64,000 nucleotides of DNA from an uncultured Gammaproteobacteria bacterium (GCA_964444705.1 CAYUHX010000001.1:17055-81054), one strand, 5' to 3'. Counted from the stretch's first letter, positions 37,119 through 47,577 are shown. Program-made: numbers and translations. The notes: a model not told the origin generated them from the sequence alone.

Positions 37119-38177
37119 ATGCAACAAAAATACCTTACGATTTTAGAACACTACACCTCTCTTGAAGAAAATCTACAAGATCAGGCGGTGCTGAATGATG
37201 CCAAAAAACTGAAAGATATTTCTCAGGAATACAATGAGCTCAAAGAGGTAGCGAACAAAATAAAAGAATTAGACGCACTCGAAAAAAAATACCATGAAAC
37301 AGAACAACTACTTGCGGGTAGTGATGAAGAAATGCGCGCCTTGGCAAGCGCCGAACTCAACGAACTTACCAACGCCAAAGAAACATTAGAAAAAGAGCTC
37401 CTTGAGGCAACCAGACCCAAAGACCCACTCGATAAAAATGACGTCATTGTCGAAATTAGAGCTGGCGTAGGCGGCGATGAAGCAGCCCTTTTTGCGGCTG
37501 AACTCTATCGCATGTATCAGCGTTATGCCGAAAACCACGGCTGGAAAACGGCCCTCATTGATGCTAATCGTATTGGCATCGGCGGTTTTAAAGAAGTTAT
37601 TTTCTCCATCAAGGGTCATGGCGTCTATGGCCAACTGAAATATGAAATGGGCGTGCATCGTGTGCAACGTGTGCCTGAAACCGAAAAAGCCGGACGCGTG
37701 CACACCAGCACCATCACCGTGGCAGTTCTCCCTGAAATTGAAGAAACTGAAATGAAAATTGAAGCCAAAGACTTGCGTATCGACACCTTCTGCTCAGGCG
37801 GCGCAGGCGGGCAAAGCGTGAACACGACATACTCAGCCGTACGCATTGTCCATATTCCCACTGGTGTTATGGTGCAATGCCAAGACGAACGCTCACAAAC
37901 GGCTAACAAAGAAAAAGCTATGGCCGTACTTCGTGCCCGCTTGTTTGAAGTAGAACGTGAAAAACGTGCTCAAGAACTCACTGAAAAACGCCGTAGTCAA
38001 ATCGGTAGCGGTGATCGCAGTGAAAAAATACGCACCTACAACATTCCACAAGATCGCATCACCGATCATCGTATTCACCAAAATTGGAACAATATCCATG
38101 TCATACTCGACGGTGCCCTTGACCCTCTTATTGCTGCCCTCAAAGAAGCAGAGTTTAAAGACGAAGCACCTCAATAA
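37119..38177 (+). CDS. prfA: Peptide chain release factor 1
   Basis: [12 protein letters not shown] (PET motif), [17 protein letters not shown]. Confidence 0.97.
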   Translation: MQQKYLTILEHYTSLEENLQDQAVLNDAKKLKDISQEYNELKEVANKIKELDALEKKYHETEQLLAGSDEEMRALASAELNELTNAKETLEKELLEATRPKDPLDKNDVIVEIRAGVGGDEAALFAAELYRMYQRYAENHGWKTALIDANRIGIGGFKEVIFSIKGHGVYGQLKYEMGVHRVQRVPETEKAGRVHTSTITVAVLPEIEETEMKIEAKDLRIDTFCSGGAGGQSVNTTYSAVRIVHIPTGVMVQCQDERSQTANKEKAMAVLRARLFEVEREKRAQELTEKRRSQIGSGDRSEKIRTYNIPQDRITDHRIHQNWNNIHVILDGALDPLIAALKEAEFKDEAPQ

Positions 38178-38188
38178 TCAACCCTCTT

Positions 38189-39058
38189 ATGACTATCGAA
38201 CGGTTGCAACGCCGTTTTGCCCACCTACCCACGCGAGATATTGATCTGCTGCTGAGCTTCGCCCTACGCCAACCAAAAGAATTTATTTTTGCCCATCCGA
38301 GTCATCACCTTACGACCGGTGATTTTTTTCGTTTTTATTGCGCGCTCTGGCGCTATCAGCATGGCTGGCCACTTGCCTATATACATGGCCACAAAGAATT
38401 CTACGGCCTCGATTTTTATGTGAATAAAAATGTATTAATTCCCCGCCCTGAAACCGAACTCATGATCGACGAAGTGCGTAAGTGCCTTGAAACTCTTACA
38501 CACAAACACCCCATTCTCATTGATGTCGGCACCGGCAGCGGGTGTATTCCCATCGTACTGAGTCAAAAAACCACACCTGGATCTGTCGCCATCTACGCCA
38601 GCGATCTTTCCAAAAAAGCACTTCGAGTAGCAAAAAAAAATGCGCTCTACCACAATGCATTAATCACATTTTTAGAAGGCAATCTACTTGAGCCATTTGT
38701 TGCGTGCATGCGCACAAAACCACTTGAGGAACACACACAACCACTCATTATAACCGCCAACTTACCTTACCTTACTCAAGCTGAATTTACACACGAACCT
38801 TCAATACAAAAAGAGCCAGTGCGGGCTCTTATTTCTGATAATAAAGACGGGCTTGATCTCTACCGCAATCTTGCTCAACAAATAAAAGCGCTTCTCTCAA
38901 AACACTTCTCTCCACTACATATTTTTCTAGAAATCAACCCACACCAAACTAACGCTCTCACTGATTTTTTGAGAAAAGAATTTTCGACCGCACACGTGCG
39001 CTGTCTAAAAGACCTTGCACAAAAAGAACGACTGATTGTGCTAGATATTATTTCGTAA
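38189..39058 (+). CDS. prmC: Release factor glutamine methyltransferase
   Basis: VLIPRPETE, DVGTGSGCI, ANLPY; follows prfA. Confidence 0.92.
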   Translation: MTIERLQRRFAHLPTRDIDLLLSFALRQPKEFIFAHPSHHLTTGDFFRFYCALWRYQHGWPLAYIHGHKEFYGLDFYVNKNVLIPRPETELMIDEVRKCLETLTHKHPILIDVGTGSGCIPIVLSQKTTPGSVAIYASDLSKKALRVAKKNALYHNALITFLEGNLLEPFVACMRTKPLEEHTQPLIITANLPYLTQAEFTHEPSIQKEPVRALISDNKDGLDLYRNLAQQIKALLSKHFSPLHIFLEINPHQTNALTDFLRKEFSTAHVRCLKDLAQKERLIVLDIIS

Positions 39059-40094
39059 GCACCACATCGGTGCCGAGCGGCACCACTTCCACCCACGTCA
39101 CGCCTGGAGTTAAGACAATTTCTTCACCAGTTGATCGATAAAATCGCGTACGGCTACGCTGATTAGTTTTCTTCCATTTTCCTCGCTCTAAAACACCCCG
39201 ATGAAAAACGAGTACTTCACCCTCACCCACCGTATCTATTTCACGCCTTCCTTCATCATCAATAATGTCAACTGACGTGAACTGCACAACCACATTATGC
39301 GCTTGAAGCAGATGAGCAGTGTCACGCGCAATGACACCATTTAAAAATCGTTGATATTTTTTTTGATCAGCGTCATATTTCCAGCCTATACGATAATTTG
39401 AGCTAAATGGCACTAAAAATTCCAACACCTCTTCAGACGAAGTAGGTAGAGTCGAAGACGCAAACAACCAGCCTTTCCACGGAGGTTGCACCGGACGCTC
39501 CCCTGCAGACTCCGCTACGATTTTTTGCCAACGATCACTTGAGGTATACAAATTATGCGGTGCACCTCTTTCGTCACTTCGCCAAAAATAACGACCCCAA
39601 TAAAATTCATTAATATCAAATACTGATGAATTTTTAAGAAAAGCCAGGGCTGCCGGCGAACCGCCTGAATGGAGATACAAGGCGTCACCATATTCTTGAT
39701 CCCAATCAATAAAATAGGGACGAGCACTTCTAACTGGCCCCACTTCAGCTACAGTGCTTGTTACTTTAAAAAGAGCTAAATAACGAGTGATTCCGCCCTC
39801 AACTGGCGCTTCATACACTACCCCTGCGGCCGATAAACCACTTTGCGGTCTGGCATCAGCGTGATTATCGATCATCACCCCCACTATTCGAGATGCAGCA
39901 TCTTCGCTTGCCGCCAACGGTAACCCGTCGAATTCACTGACCGGAACTGCTGCAACCGGAGTAGTCAATGGCGTTGTTAAGTCGAGCTGAGAAACAACTT
40001 TTGGTTTTTGAACCAAAAAAGCAATCGCAACAAAAAACAAAACAAACAACACGATGCTTAATAAAATGATGCCTGTTAATTTTTTTCTTGTCAT
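39048..40094 (-). CDS. DUF3048-domain membrane-anchored protein
   Basis: VMIDNHADARPQSGL, EAPVEGGITR, GPVRSARPY, APHNLY. Confidence 0.85.
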   Translation of the reverse strand: MTRKKLTGIILLSIVLFVLFFVAIAFLVQKPKVVSQLDLTTPLTTPVAAVPVSEFDGLPLAASEDAASRIVGVMIDNHADARPQSGLSAAGVVYEAPVEGGITRYLALFKVTSTVAEVGPVRSARPYFIDWDQEYGDALYLHSGGSPAALAFLKNSSVFDINEFYWGRYFWRSDERGAPHNLYTSSDRWQKIVAESAGERPVQPPWKGWLFASSTLPTSSEEVLEFLVPFSSNYRIGWKYDADQKKYQRFLNGVIARDTAHLLQAHNVVVQFTSVDIIDDEGRREIDTVGEGEVLVFHRGVLERGKWKKTNQRSRTRFYRSTGEEIVLTPGVTWVEVVPLGTDVVLTK

Positions 40095-40150
40095 ACGCAG
40101 ATCTAACTTCGAATGTAGTATAACACAAACCAATCTTCTTCAAACTCTAT

Positions 40151-40183
40151 ACAAAAACCCCGCCGAGCAGGCGGAGATTTTGT
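40151..40183 (-). terminator. Terminator after rplY
   Basis: ACAAAAacCCCGCC-gagca-GGCGGaGatTTTGT. Confidence 0.65.
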
Positions 40184-40198
40184 AATACTACTGATAGA

Positions 40199-40879
40199 TT
40201 ATTTTTTCTCTTCTGTTTTAACTGCTTCTTCCTTGGCTTTCACTGCATCTTTTTCTTCTTTCACCGTCTTAATTTGGGTCAAATCAGCGGCTGGAGCAGT
40301 AGTGTCTTCAAGAGCTTTCAATTGAGCTTCGGTGAGAGGGGCTGCTACCTTAGCCACCAAGGCTTCGCTTTGTGGAGAAATAACGGTAACGCCAGCTGGC
40401 ACAACCACATTTTTAATTTTAATAACCTCTTCAAAAGAGGTAAGAGCAGAAAGATCAATATCAATATGCGCGACCAAGTCTTTTGGCAAACATTCAACCT
40501 CTACTTCTGTCACATTGGTGATAAGCGTGCCGCCAGAAGCCTTAACCACCGGCGCTTCTCCCACAAATCGCAATTCCACTTTCGCACGAAGAGTTTTTTT
40601 CATATCAATACGACGTAAATCAACATGGATGATATGATCACTCACTGGATCGCGTTGAATATCTTGAAAAAGAACCTTGCCCATATCTTCTCCCCCGACC
40701 TTCAAATCAATCAAACTTGATTCTCCAGCTTCTTTGTAGAGCTTGGTCAATAATGGGTAGTCAAAAGTCAAATTTTCACTCGCTCCGCCTGCACCATACA
40801 CCACACCAGGAATTTTTCCACTGGTACGAGCATGAGAGCCGGTCGCCGTTCGTTTCGTCGCCACCAACGTATACGCCAT
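40199..40879 (-). CDS. rplY: 50S ribosomal protein L25 (CTC type)
   Basis: IPGVVYG, QRDPV...HVDL, VEVECLP. Confidence 0.93.
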   Translation of the reverse strand: MAYTLVATKRTATGSHARTSGKIPGVVYGAGGASENLTFDYPLLTKLYKEAGESSLIDLKVGGEDMGKVLFQDIQRDPVSDHIIHVDLRRIDMKKTLRAKVELRFVGEAPVVKASGGTLITNVTEVEVECLPKDLVAHIDIDLSALTSFEEVIKIKNVVVPAGVTVISPQSEALVAKVAAPLTEAQLKALEDTTAPAADLTQIKTVKEEKDAVKAKEEAVKTEEKK

Positions 40880-40880
40880 A

Positions 40881-41228
40881 TTAAATCCGATTTAAAAATA
40901 GTGAATTAAACTTCTCTTTAGAGAATAAAGTATAGCCGTCCAAAGCTTCGTCTAGTGTAATCGGCACGCTTTTGTACAATCGTTTCGCATCTGCCAGGCT
41001 CAGATCGGTAATCATTCCCACCGAACTCAAACCCTGGCCCAGCACCACGACCATCGCCATAAAATAACTCTGGCATTTAGGACAGGTGAAATGCACCAAA
41101 CGGGCGCTTTCATTTTTAATAAACACCTCAGCCCGATTCACATCATACCCTTCTGAACAAATAGGGCATTTATTGATGAATTTTAAAACTTCCTGCCAGG
41201 AATCTGACTGTAATTTCGGCTTTTGCAT
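40881..41228 (-). CDS. Zn-ribbon hypothetical protein
   Basis: CPIC...CPKC pairs, 'ITDLS' motif. Start set at MQKP. Confidence 0.7.
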   Translation of the reverse strand: MQKPKLQSDSWQEVLKFINKCPICSEGYDVNRAEVFIKNESARLVHFTCPKCQSYFMAMVVVLGQGLSSVGMITDLSLADAKRLYKSVPITLDEALDGYTLFSKEKFNSLFLNRI

Positions 41229-41295
41229 AGAATGCTCGAATACCTTACCTAAAAAAGACCTAACTGTCAAGATTAGCCATAGTGTACACGATTCT

Positions 41296-41766
41296 TTAGC
41301 TCTTAAGCAAGGTAAGGTCAGACGTCACCTCAGCTACATGGTTTTCTGGCTTCACTTTATCGTAAATTTTGACAATTTTTCCCTGGGCATTGATCAAAAA
41401 AGACATTCGAAAAATTCCTTCGTATTCTCGACCCATAAACCGCTTTTTACCCCAGACACCATAGGCCTTGACGACATCATGATGAGAATCCGACAAAAGC
41501 AAAAACGGCAAATCGTATTTTTTAGCAAACTTATCATGGCTTTTTACACTGTCAGCACTCACACCAAGCACAACCACTCCCTTTTTCGTGAGTGAAGAAA
41601 AATTATCTCTAAAACTACACGCCTCTTTGGTACAACCAGGAGTATCATCTTTCGGATAAAAATACAAAAGCACTGCCTGACCTTTAAATTCAGCCATTGA
41701 ATGTTCTTTGCCGGTTTGGTCGGCTAAGGTAAAATCAGGAGCTGCTTCCCCAACCTGAAGAGCCAT
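41296..41766 (-). CDS. bcp: Peroxiredoxin Q/BCP
   Basis: YFYPKDDTPGCTKEAC. Confidence 0.95.
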   Translation of the reverse strand: MALQVGEAAPDFTLADQTGKEHSMAEFKGQAVLLYFYPKDDTPGCTKEACSFRDNFSSLTKKGVVVLGVSADSVKSHDKFAKKYDLPFLLLSDSHHDVVKAYGVWGKKRFMGREYEGIFRMSFLINAQGKIVKIYDKVKPENHVAEVTSDLTLLKS

Positions 41767-41784
41767 ACGATAAAATTCAATAAA

Positions 41785-42519
41785 TTAAAGGTTGTTATAA
41801 AAAACACTGCACGTCGTCGCCCAAAAAACTGCTACCAAAGCTGCGGTTTCGCCGCGCAGGGTATGATCACCCAAACGCAACAACGGAATTTGGCACTCTT
41901 TAATTTCTCTGAGCTCTCGCTCACTCCAGCCACCTTCTGGCCCCACAAAGAGTGATAAGCACTCTCGACCTAAATTTTTAATATGCCCCTCAATCACATC
42001 ATCATTGCACAGAAATCCACTTCGATCACACACCACCGTGCAACCCACTTTTTTTGCCTCCATTAACGCTTCTTTAAACCCAATCACTGTGCCAAGGCTG
42101 GGCATAAAAGCGCGCTCTGAAACCTCAGCGGCTTCACGCATAATTTTTTCTAAGCGAGGCCTATTAACCGCCGTTTTAATGGTCCTGTCTGAACACACCG
42201 GCACAAGGTGGCTAACCCCAAGCTCTGCAGCTTTTTCGGCCACGAGTTCGAAATGCTCACGCTTCAGCACTGCACAATACAACGCCACTTTTTTTCCTTG
42301 CGCCTGCGTAGTGATTGTTTCTATTTTTAAATGAACATTTTTATTATTCACTTGTTGAATAATGGCGAGAGCCATCTGTCCTGCACCATCAGACACCACC
42401 ACCTTTTCACCTGGCTCCAAACGAAGCACATCTTTGATATGATGCACCACCGAAAAATCGCTGATGACAAAATCTCCTTCTTTAAGTGCGGTGGTAAGAA
42501 TAAAATAGTGCTGTTTCAT
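41785..42519 (-). CDS. rsmE: 16S rRNA m3U1498 methyltransferase
   Basis: HHIKDVLRL, KAAELGV, VGPEGG, LGDHTLRGETA. Confidence 0.92.
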   Translation of the reverse strand: MKQHYFILTTALKEGDFVISDFSVVHHIKDVLRLEPGEKVVVSDGAGQMALAIIQQVNNKNVHLKIETITTQAQGKKVALYCAVLKREHFELVAEKAAELGVSHLVPVCSDRTIKTAVNRPRLEKIMREAAEVSERAFMPSLGTVIGFKEALMEAKKVGCTVVCDRSGFLCNDDVIEGHIKNLGRECLSLFVGPEGGWSERELREIKECQIPLLRLGDHTLRGETAALVAVFWATTCSVFYNNL

Positions 42520-42591
42520 ACGACGCATCACCTTATTCTACCACTTTTCTCTTCATAAAACAATCTATCTAAAACCACACTAGAGTGACTA

Positions 42592-43845
42592 CTAACGCTT
42601 TATTTTTCTCTTTGAACGATTAAAGGTAATTGCAAAACGATGTGCTTCATCACGCACACGAATGAGCGCCTCGCGATGGTGCGACACCCACGCCACGAGC
42701 GCCGGCTCCACACTCCCCAAAATAATATCGTTACGCTTTCGCTCTTTACCTTTAGCCAAACCTACTATGGGAATATCGACGTTTTTTGAACTAAGCACTT
42801 CTTTGGCACGATTCACCTGCGGTCGACCACCATCAATTAAAAAAAGAGTTGGCAACGGCCAATCAGCGTGTGCTAAACGACGATTCAACACCTCAGCTAA
42901 ACAATCTACATCACTCTGCCCCACTACTGTTTTAATGGTAAATTTTCGATAGGCTGCTTTAATTGGGCCATGCTCATCAGCAACCACCAAACTACCTACC
43001 TTGTCAGTGTCGCCCAAATTGGAAATATCATATCCTTCAATGCGATAATGATCTGCTTCATCGTTTGTCCCCGCGTGCTCTCTAAAAAATTCTTGATTTA
43101 AGAGAGCGACATCTTGAATACGATACAATGATTTTGATTGATCGCGCAGGCGCGCTGCTTCTTCAAAACGAAATTCTTTGGCTGCCAGCTTCATTTTATT
43201 TTCCCACTCTCGCACCAACTTCTTTTTTTCACCCTGTAAAAACAGCACCAGCGGCCGAATTACTTTTAACGCATAGTCGCGAGGACTAATTTCACCCGTA
43301 CAGACGCCCAGACACTCTTCCATCTGTCGATAGAGACAGGGCTTTAACGAAAGAGGTCGGCAACTCGAAAAACGAAATAATCGGCGAAGTAACTTCATGG
43401 TGGCCTTGGTATTGAGGCCAGGATACGGCCCGAACACATACTTGAAACCAGGCGGCACCTTTCCTTCTTCATGTGAAAGAAGACGCAGCTCGCGCTCACG
43501 AATAGTTTTCACCTGCGGATACAGCTCTTTCGTAATAATAATATAATTCCAACTTTTATCATCTTTACCAAGTACGTTGTATTTGGGTTGATTTTTTTTG
43601 ATGTACAACGCCTCTAAAATAATCGCCTCAAGCACTGATTCGGTTTCTTTCCACTCAATACGTGCCACCTCATGAATCATTTCTTCAATCGGCCGCGGCG
43701 TGCGTAGCCCACGAAAATAGCTTTGCACCCGGCTTTTAAGCGACGTTGCTTTACCCACATACACCAGCTCACCATCTTCAGAATAATACAAATAAATACC
43801 TGGGGCATCGGGTAATTTTTTAAAAACAGAATCAAATTTGTGCAT
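42592..43845 (-). CDS. uvrC: Excinuclease ABC subunit C, short form (no C-terminal HhH)
   Basis: GIY-YIG N-terminus (PGIY..YVGKA), Cys cluster, UVR motif (FEEAARLRD), RNase H-like domain (EGYDIS, LIDGG, RDEAHRFA), then stop. Confidence 0.9.
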   Translation of the reverse strand: MHKFDSVFKKLPDAPGIYLYYSEDGELVYVGKATSLKSRVQSYFRGLRTPRPIEEMIHEVARIEWKETESVLEAIILEALYIKKNQPKYNVLGKDDKSWNYIIITKELYPQVKTIRERELRLLSHEEGKVPPGFKYVFGPYPGLNTKATMKLLRRLFRFSSCRPLSLKPCLYRQMEECLGVCTGEISPRDYALKVIRPLVLFLQGEKKKLVREWENKMKLAAKEFRFEEAARLRDQSKSLYRIQDVALLNQEFFREHAGTNDEADHYRIEGYDISNLGDTDKVGSLVVADEHGPIKAAYRKFTIKTVVGQSDVDCLAEVLNRRLAHADWPLPTLFLIDGGRPQVNRAKEVLSSKNVDIPIVGLAKGKERKRNDIILGSVEPALVAWVSHHREALIRVRDEAHRFAITFNRSKRKIKR

Positions 43846-43982
43846 ACAATTTATGAGGTGACGGCGTCTTATTTATTTAATATTACGCCAAAAAAAAGCC
43901 CTTCGCAACCACTCCACGCATTTTTTCACTTTTAAAATTATCATAACTTCTATTTTTATATACAGATATCACCATGCTATCC

Positions 43983-44011
43983 TTGACAAGATTGAAAATA
44001 CATAGTATACT
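43983..44011 (+). promoter_or_regulatory. Near-consensus sigma70 promoter of cassette C
   Basis: TTGACA (43983-43988), 17 bp, TATACT (44006-44011). Confidence 0.8.
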
Positions 44012-44017
44012 CACCCG

Positions 44018-44415
44018 TCAAGCGTAATTGCTTGATTGACTATTTTAAAGCTCGTTTACAACGGCCATTTAGATTACTACTCCTGATATCACCGTCGATA
44101 ATCAGAAATCAAAGAGACAAGAAACCGACATCCTGCTAGAATTTTCTACCTACTTACCTGTTTCGGATCTCTCCACACATGTTCATCGGGTTATCGACCG
44201 TGATATCAGAGTGTTTCTAAAAAAGCCTCTACGGAGTTTGGATTAAACAAATACTAAACCACTGGCTAATCCCGACGATGGTAATCTGCGCTTGAATTTG
44301 AAAGGAACAAGGATCAAGGAACAAAGAGCAATTTGTCCTTTTTCCTTCACTCGAACTCACATTACCATCGTCGGGCACTTGCGCCCGTCGATCCCTACGT
44401 CCTGAGGAGGACCGC
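44018..44415 (+). ncRNA. About 400-nt highly structured leader (or co-transcribed ncRNA) of cassette C
   Basis: 21-bp near-perfect stem 44083-44103/44189-44209 with nested and flanking helices; perfect 15-bp stem 44271-44285/44361-44375; no plausible ORF. Confidence 0.6.
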
Positions 44416-45105
44416 ATGAACCGCATCCGTCGCAACTCGTTCCTGTCCCGCTACCTGCTGGCCGCCAGCCTGGCCGCCAGCCCGCTGACCACCGGCTGCG
44501 GCACGCCCGAGCCCACCACCCCGGTGGCACCGCAGCCCAGCACCCTGGCCAAGGTGAGCCGGAAGATCCCCGCCGACGGGGAGACCACGGGCCGGAGCCC
44601 GCTGGTGGGGGCGCTGCTCGACCGGCAGGTCACCGTCGGCGTCGCCAGCTTCACCATCACCCCCCACGCCGACGGCACGGCCAACGCCGAGGCCGGCGCC
44701 GTCTTCTGGAAGCCCAATGCGGAGCTGAAGGCCGGCCAGCGGTACGAGTGGACCATGGTCTTCAACGACCGCGGCTACGAGACGACCCTGAAGGGCAACT
44801 TCACCGTGGCCAAGGACCCCCCGCCCGCGCCGATGGGCCCCCTGTGGGGGCTCTCTGAGGGCACCCTGGGTGGGGCCACCAAGCAGTTCACCTGCAGCGG
44901 TACCCACGCCGGCCAGTACTACCTGACGGTCACCAAGGCCGGTGACGGCGCGCTGATCTGGGGCCAGAAGGTGGGCGGCTTCGGGCAGGAGTTCTACTAC
45001 ATCAACTCCCAGGACCTGGCGGCCACGTACCTCCAGACGGGCATCGTCTCGGGGATCACCTTCAGCGCCGAGGGCCTGCAGGAGGGTACCACCACCTGCA
45101 AGTAG
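44416..45105 (+). CDS. High-GC predicted lipoprotein with an Ig-like domain (cassette C)
   Basis: SD GAGGAGG at 44404-44410; Arg-rich n-region plus LTTG-C lipobox-like motif; Pro/Thr linker; third codon positions almost all G/C in this frame. Confidence 0.8.
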   Translation: MNRIRRNSFLSRYLLAASLAASPLTTGCGTPEPTTPVAPQPSTLAKVSRKIPADGETTGRSPLVGALLDRQVTVGVASFTITPHADGTANAEAGAVFWKPNAELKAGQRYEWTMVFNDRGYETTLKGNFTVAKDPPPAPMGPLWGLSEGTLGGATKQFTCSGTHAGQYYLTVTKAGDGALIWGQKVGGFGQEFYYINSQDLAATYLQTGIVSGITFSAEGLQEGTTTCK

Positions 45106-45274
45106 CGGCGCTGCCGCCCGACCCGCGGCGGCGCACACCGGCCATCAAATCGCTTGATCCACCGCTCCGTTCCGCAGCCCCCGCTCGCCTAAACCTGCTC
45201 GCCCACTTCGGTGCGAACAGCGGTGCGAGGGGGGCCTGCATCTGTTGAATAAAAGAACTGTCTTTTGTTCATAG

Positions 45275-45312
45275 AACACACAATCCCGATACCCCTCGGG
45301 ATTTTGTGTTTT
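45275..45312 (+). terminator. Terminator closing cassette C
   Basis: AACACAcAATCCCGA-tacccc-TCGGGATTtTGTGTT followed by T. Confidence 0.75.
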
Positions 45313-45498
45313 AAATAATTTTTTAACTAAATTTTTTTCTTTACACCCACATGGCGGAATTTGGGCTTGGGCTCAAATTTTTTCCTTTATCCTTTTTCTT
45401 TTTTCCTTCACCCACCTAATAGCCAAACCCCTTCAATTACGCTATACTATTTCTATTCCCGCACTGATTTTACCTCACTCACCTACTCTCCATTTCAT

Positions 45499-46455
45499 AT
45501 GCCTACTTTTCTCGAAGATGTAAAAGTGCCTGCCTCGCAACAATCATCTCAAAAAAAAGGGCCAGAAAAATTTGAACATTACATCAATGCCGGTGGTGGC
45601 CTCAGCAATAAAAATCTTAAATACGCACTGTGGTTTACTGAGAACAAATTGCTACTCTATCGTCTCTTGCTCGGCTTCATTGGTTTTTGGTGTGTATTAT
45701 TTTGGGGCTACACTCTTTTTAATGTAGGTGATTATCTCATTTTTGGATTACGTGCCGATCAAAATCTGGCTCGTGAAATGTCGTACTTTCCTAACTACAC
45801 CCTCATCAACACTCGCCTCTCACCTGAACTACCAAAAATAATAAGCACTCAAGCATTGCCAAGCGGCACTGATAAATACGACCTCGTTGCGGAAGTGGCC
45901 AACACCAACGAGCGTTTCCTTGTTACTTTTGATTATTATTTCAATTTGAACAATGGCAAAAGTGAAAAACAGCATGGTTTTCTTCTCCCAGGTGAAAACA
46001 AATTTCTCACCCTGCTTGGAGTGAAAAACGCTGATTTTTCTGGCGGCGACGTGCAAATTAGTTTTGATAATTTTGTCTGGAAACGCGTGAATGCGCATGA
46101 AATAAAAAACACCACACAGTGGCAAAGCGAACGCTTAAACTTTACCACCGATAATTTTGCACTCATCCGCACCACTAACCCCGACTCTGGCGCACACGCT
46201 GATCGCGTTACATTCAAACTCACGAACAACAGCCCCTATTCATTCAAGGCGCCTTTTTTTTACATCGCCCTCTATTTTCAACAAAGTTTGGTGGGCATTT
46301 TGCCGCTCGAGCTCACCAGCTTTGGCTCGCTCGAAACCAAAGCAATTGATGTACGGGTCTTTACTCCCAACATTAATGTGAGTGATGTGGTGGTTTATCC
46401 ACTCATCAATGTGTATGATTCCGAAGAATACGTAAAAGCCACGGCTAGCTCTTAA
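45499..46455 (+). CDS. Membrane-anchored hypothetical protein upstream of rodA
   Basis: One TM helix followed by beta-rich domains. Start set at MPTF. Confidence 0.75.
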   Translation: MPTFLEDVKVPASQQSSQKKGPEKFEHYINAGGGLSNKNLKYALWFTENKLLLYRLLLGFIGFWCVLFWGYTLFNVGDYLIFGLRADQNLAREMSYFPNYTLINTRLSPELPKIISTQALPSGTDKYDLVAEVANTNERFLVTFDYYFNLNNGKSEKQHGFLLPGENKFLTLLGVKNADFSGGDVQISFDNFVWKRVNAHEIKNTTQWQSERLNFTTDNFALIRTTNPDSGAHADRVTFKLTNNSPYSFKAPFFYIALYFQQSLVGILPLELTSFGSLETKAIDVRVFTPNINVSDVVVYPLINVYDSEEYVKATASS

Positions 46456-46473
46456 GGCACCGTATATTGTTTT

Positions 46474-47577
46474 ATGGACTTACGGAAACTTTCTCCGCGC
46501 AGTTTTGATTGGACACTTCTTCTCGCTGTACTTCTTCTTTTCTCTATCGGCCTCGAAGCCATCTACAGCGTTGATCTTTCACGCGGTGGCGAACTTATAC
46601 TCTTCAAAAAACAACTCTTGGCAGCCGGCATTGGCCTTATTTTGTTTTTTTTAACGAGTCTCACCAACTATTCTTTTTTTCGATCGATTAGTAAAGGCGT
46701 CTATTTACTCTCTGGCAGTTTATTATTTTTGGTTTTGTTTTTAGGTAAAACTATTCGCGGCACGAAGGGCTGGTTTGTGTTTGGTGGGTTTTCTTTTCAA
46801 CCCGTTGAACTCGCCAAACTCGGCCTTATTCTCATGCTCGCCTATATCATTGCCAATTTTGGTCGCCGCTTTGAGCGGCCGCTGTTCTTTTTTGGCACGG
46901 GTATTTTGACCGCTCTTTACATGGTGCTCGTCATGGGCCAACCCGATCTTGGTTCCGCAATTTTACTCGGCCTCATTTGGTTTGGGCTCATGAATCTAGT
47001 CGGCGCAAGAAAATTATTTATCATTGGTCTTGTGGGCGTGGGCGTGCTTGGCGCCACTCTGGCATGGTTTACGGTGCTCAGTCAGCCAAGTCATGAATAC
47101 CAAAAAAAGCGCATTCTTACTTTTTTAAACCCCGAACTCGACACACTTGGTGCGGGTTACAACGTAGCTCAATCCACCATCGCGGTGGGTGCCGGCCAAC
47201 TGTTTGGGCGCGGCCTGGGGCGCGGCTCGCAAAGTCAACTCCGTTTTCTCCCTGAGGCACAGACCGATTTTGTTTTCTCAGTCATTGGTGAAGAACTCGG
47301 CTTTGTGGGCGCCTGTTTAGTACTCTTTCTCTATGGCCTCATTTTTTGGCGTCTCATTATTATTATGAAAAAAACCCAAGACGATTTTGTCTTGGGTGTG
47401 GTGGGTGGAGTGGTGATTATTTTTTTCAGCCAAATGATGTTTAATATTGGCGCAGAAATTGGCGTGCTGCCTCTTACCGGTGTCACCGTGCCGTTTGTCA
47501 GCTACGGAGGATCATCACTCATTGTTGATTTTATTATGATTGGCCTCGCGGAGAGTATGGTGGAGAAGAGATATTAA
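46474..47577 (+). CDS. rodA: SEDS-family peptidoglycan glycosyltransferase RodA
   Basis: FQPVELAK, QPDLGSA, FLPEAQTDFVF..IGEELG, PLTGVTVPFVSYGGSS. Confidence 0.92.
   Translation: MDLRKLSPRSFDWTLLLAVLLLFSIGLEAIYSVDLSRGGELILFKKQLLAAGIGLILFFLTSLTNYSFFRSISKGVYLLSGSLLFLVLFLGKTIRGTKGWFVFGGFSFQPVELAKLGLILMLAYIIANFGRRFERPLFFFGTGILTALYMVLVMGQPDLGSAILLGLIWFGLMNLVGARKLFIIGLVGVGVLGATLAWFTVLSQPSHEYQKKRILTFLNPELDTLGAGYNVAQSTIAVGAGQLFGRGLGRGSQSQLRFLPEAQTDFVFSVIGEELGFVGACLVLFLYGLIFWRLIIIMKKTQDDFVLGVVGGVVIIFFSQMMFNIGAEIGVLPLTGVTVPFVSYGGSSLIVDFIMIGLAESMVEKRY

Noticed and set aside
44395-45138. 247-aa minus-strand ORF opposite the lipoprotein
   Set aside because: Shadow ORF of high-GC sequence; SD, promoter, lipobox and GC3 pattern all support the plus strand.
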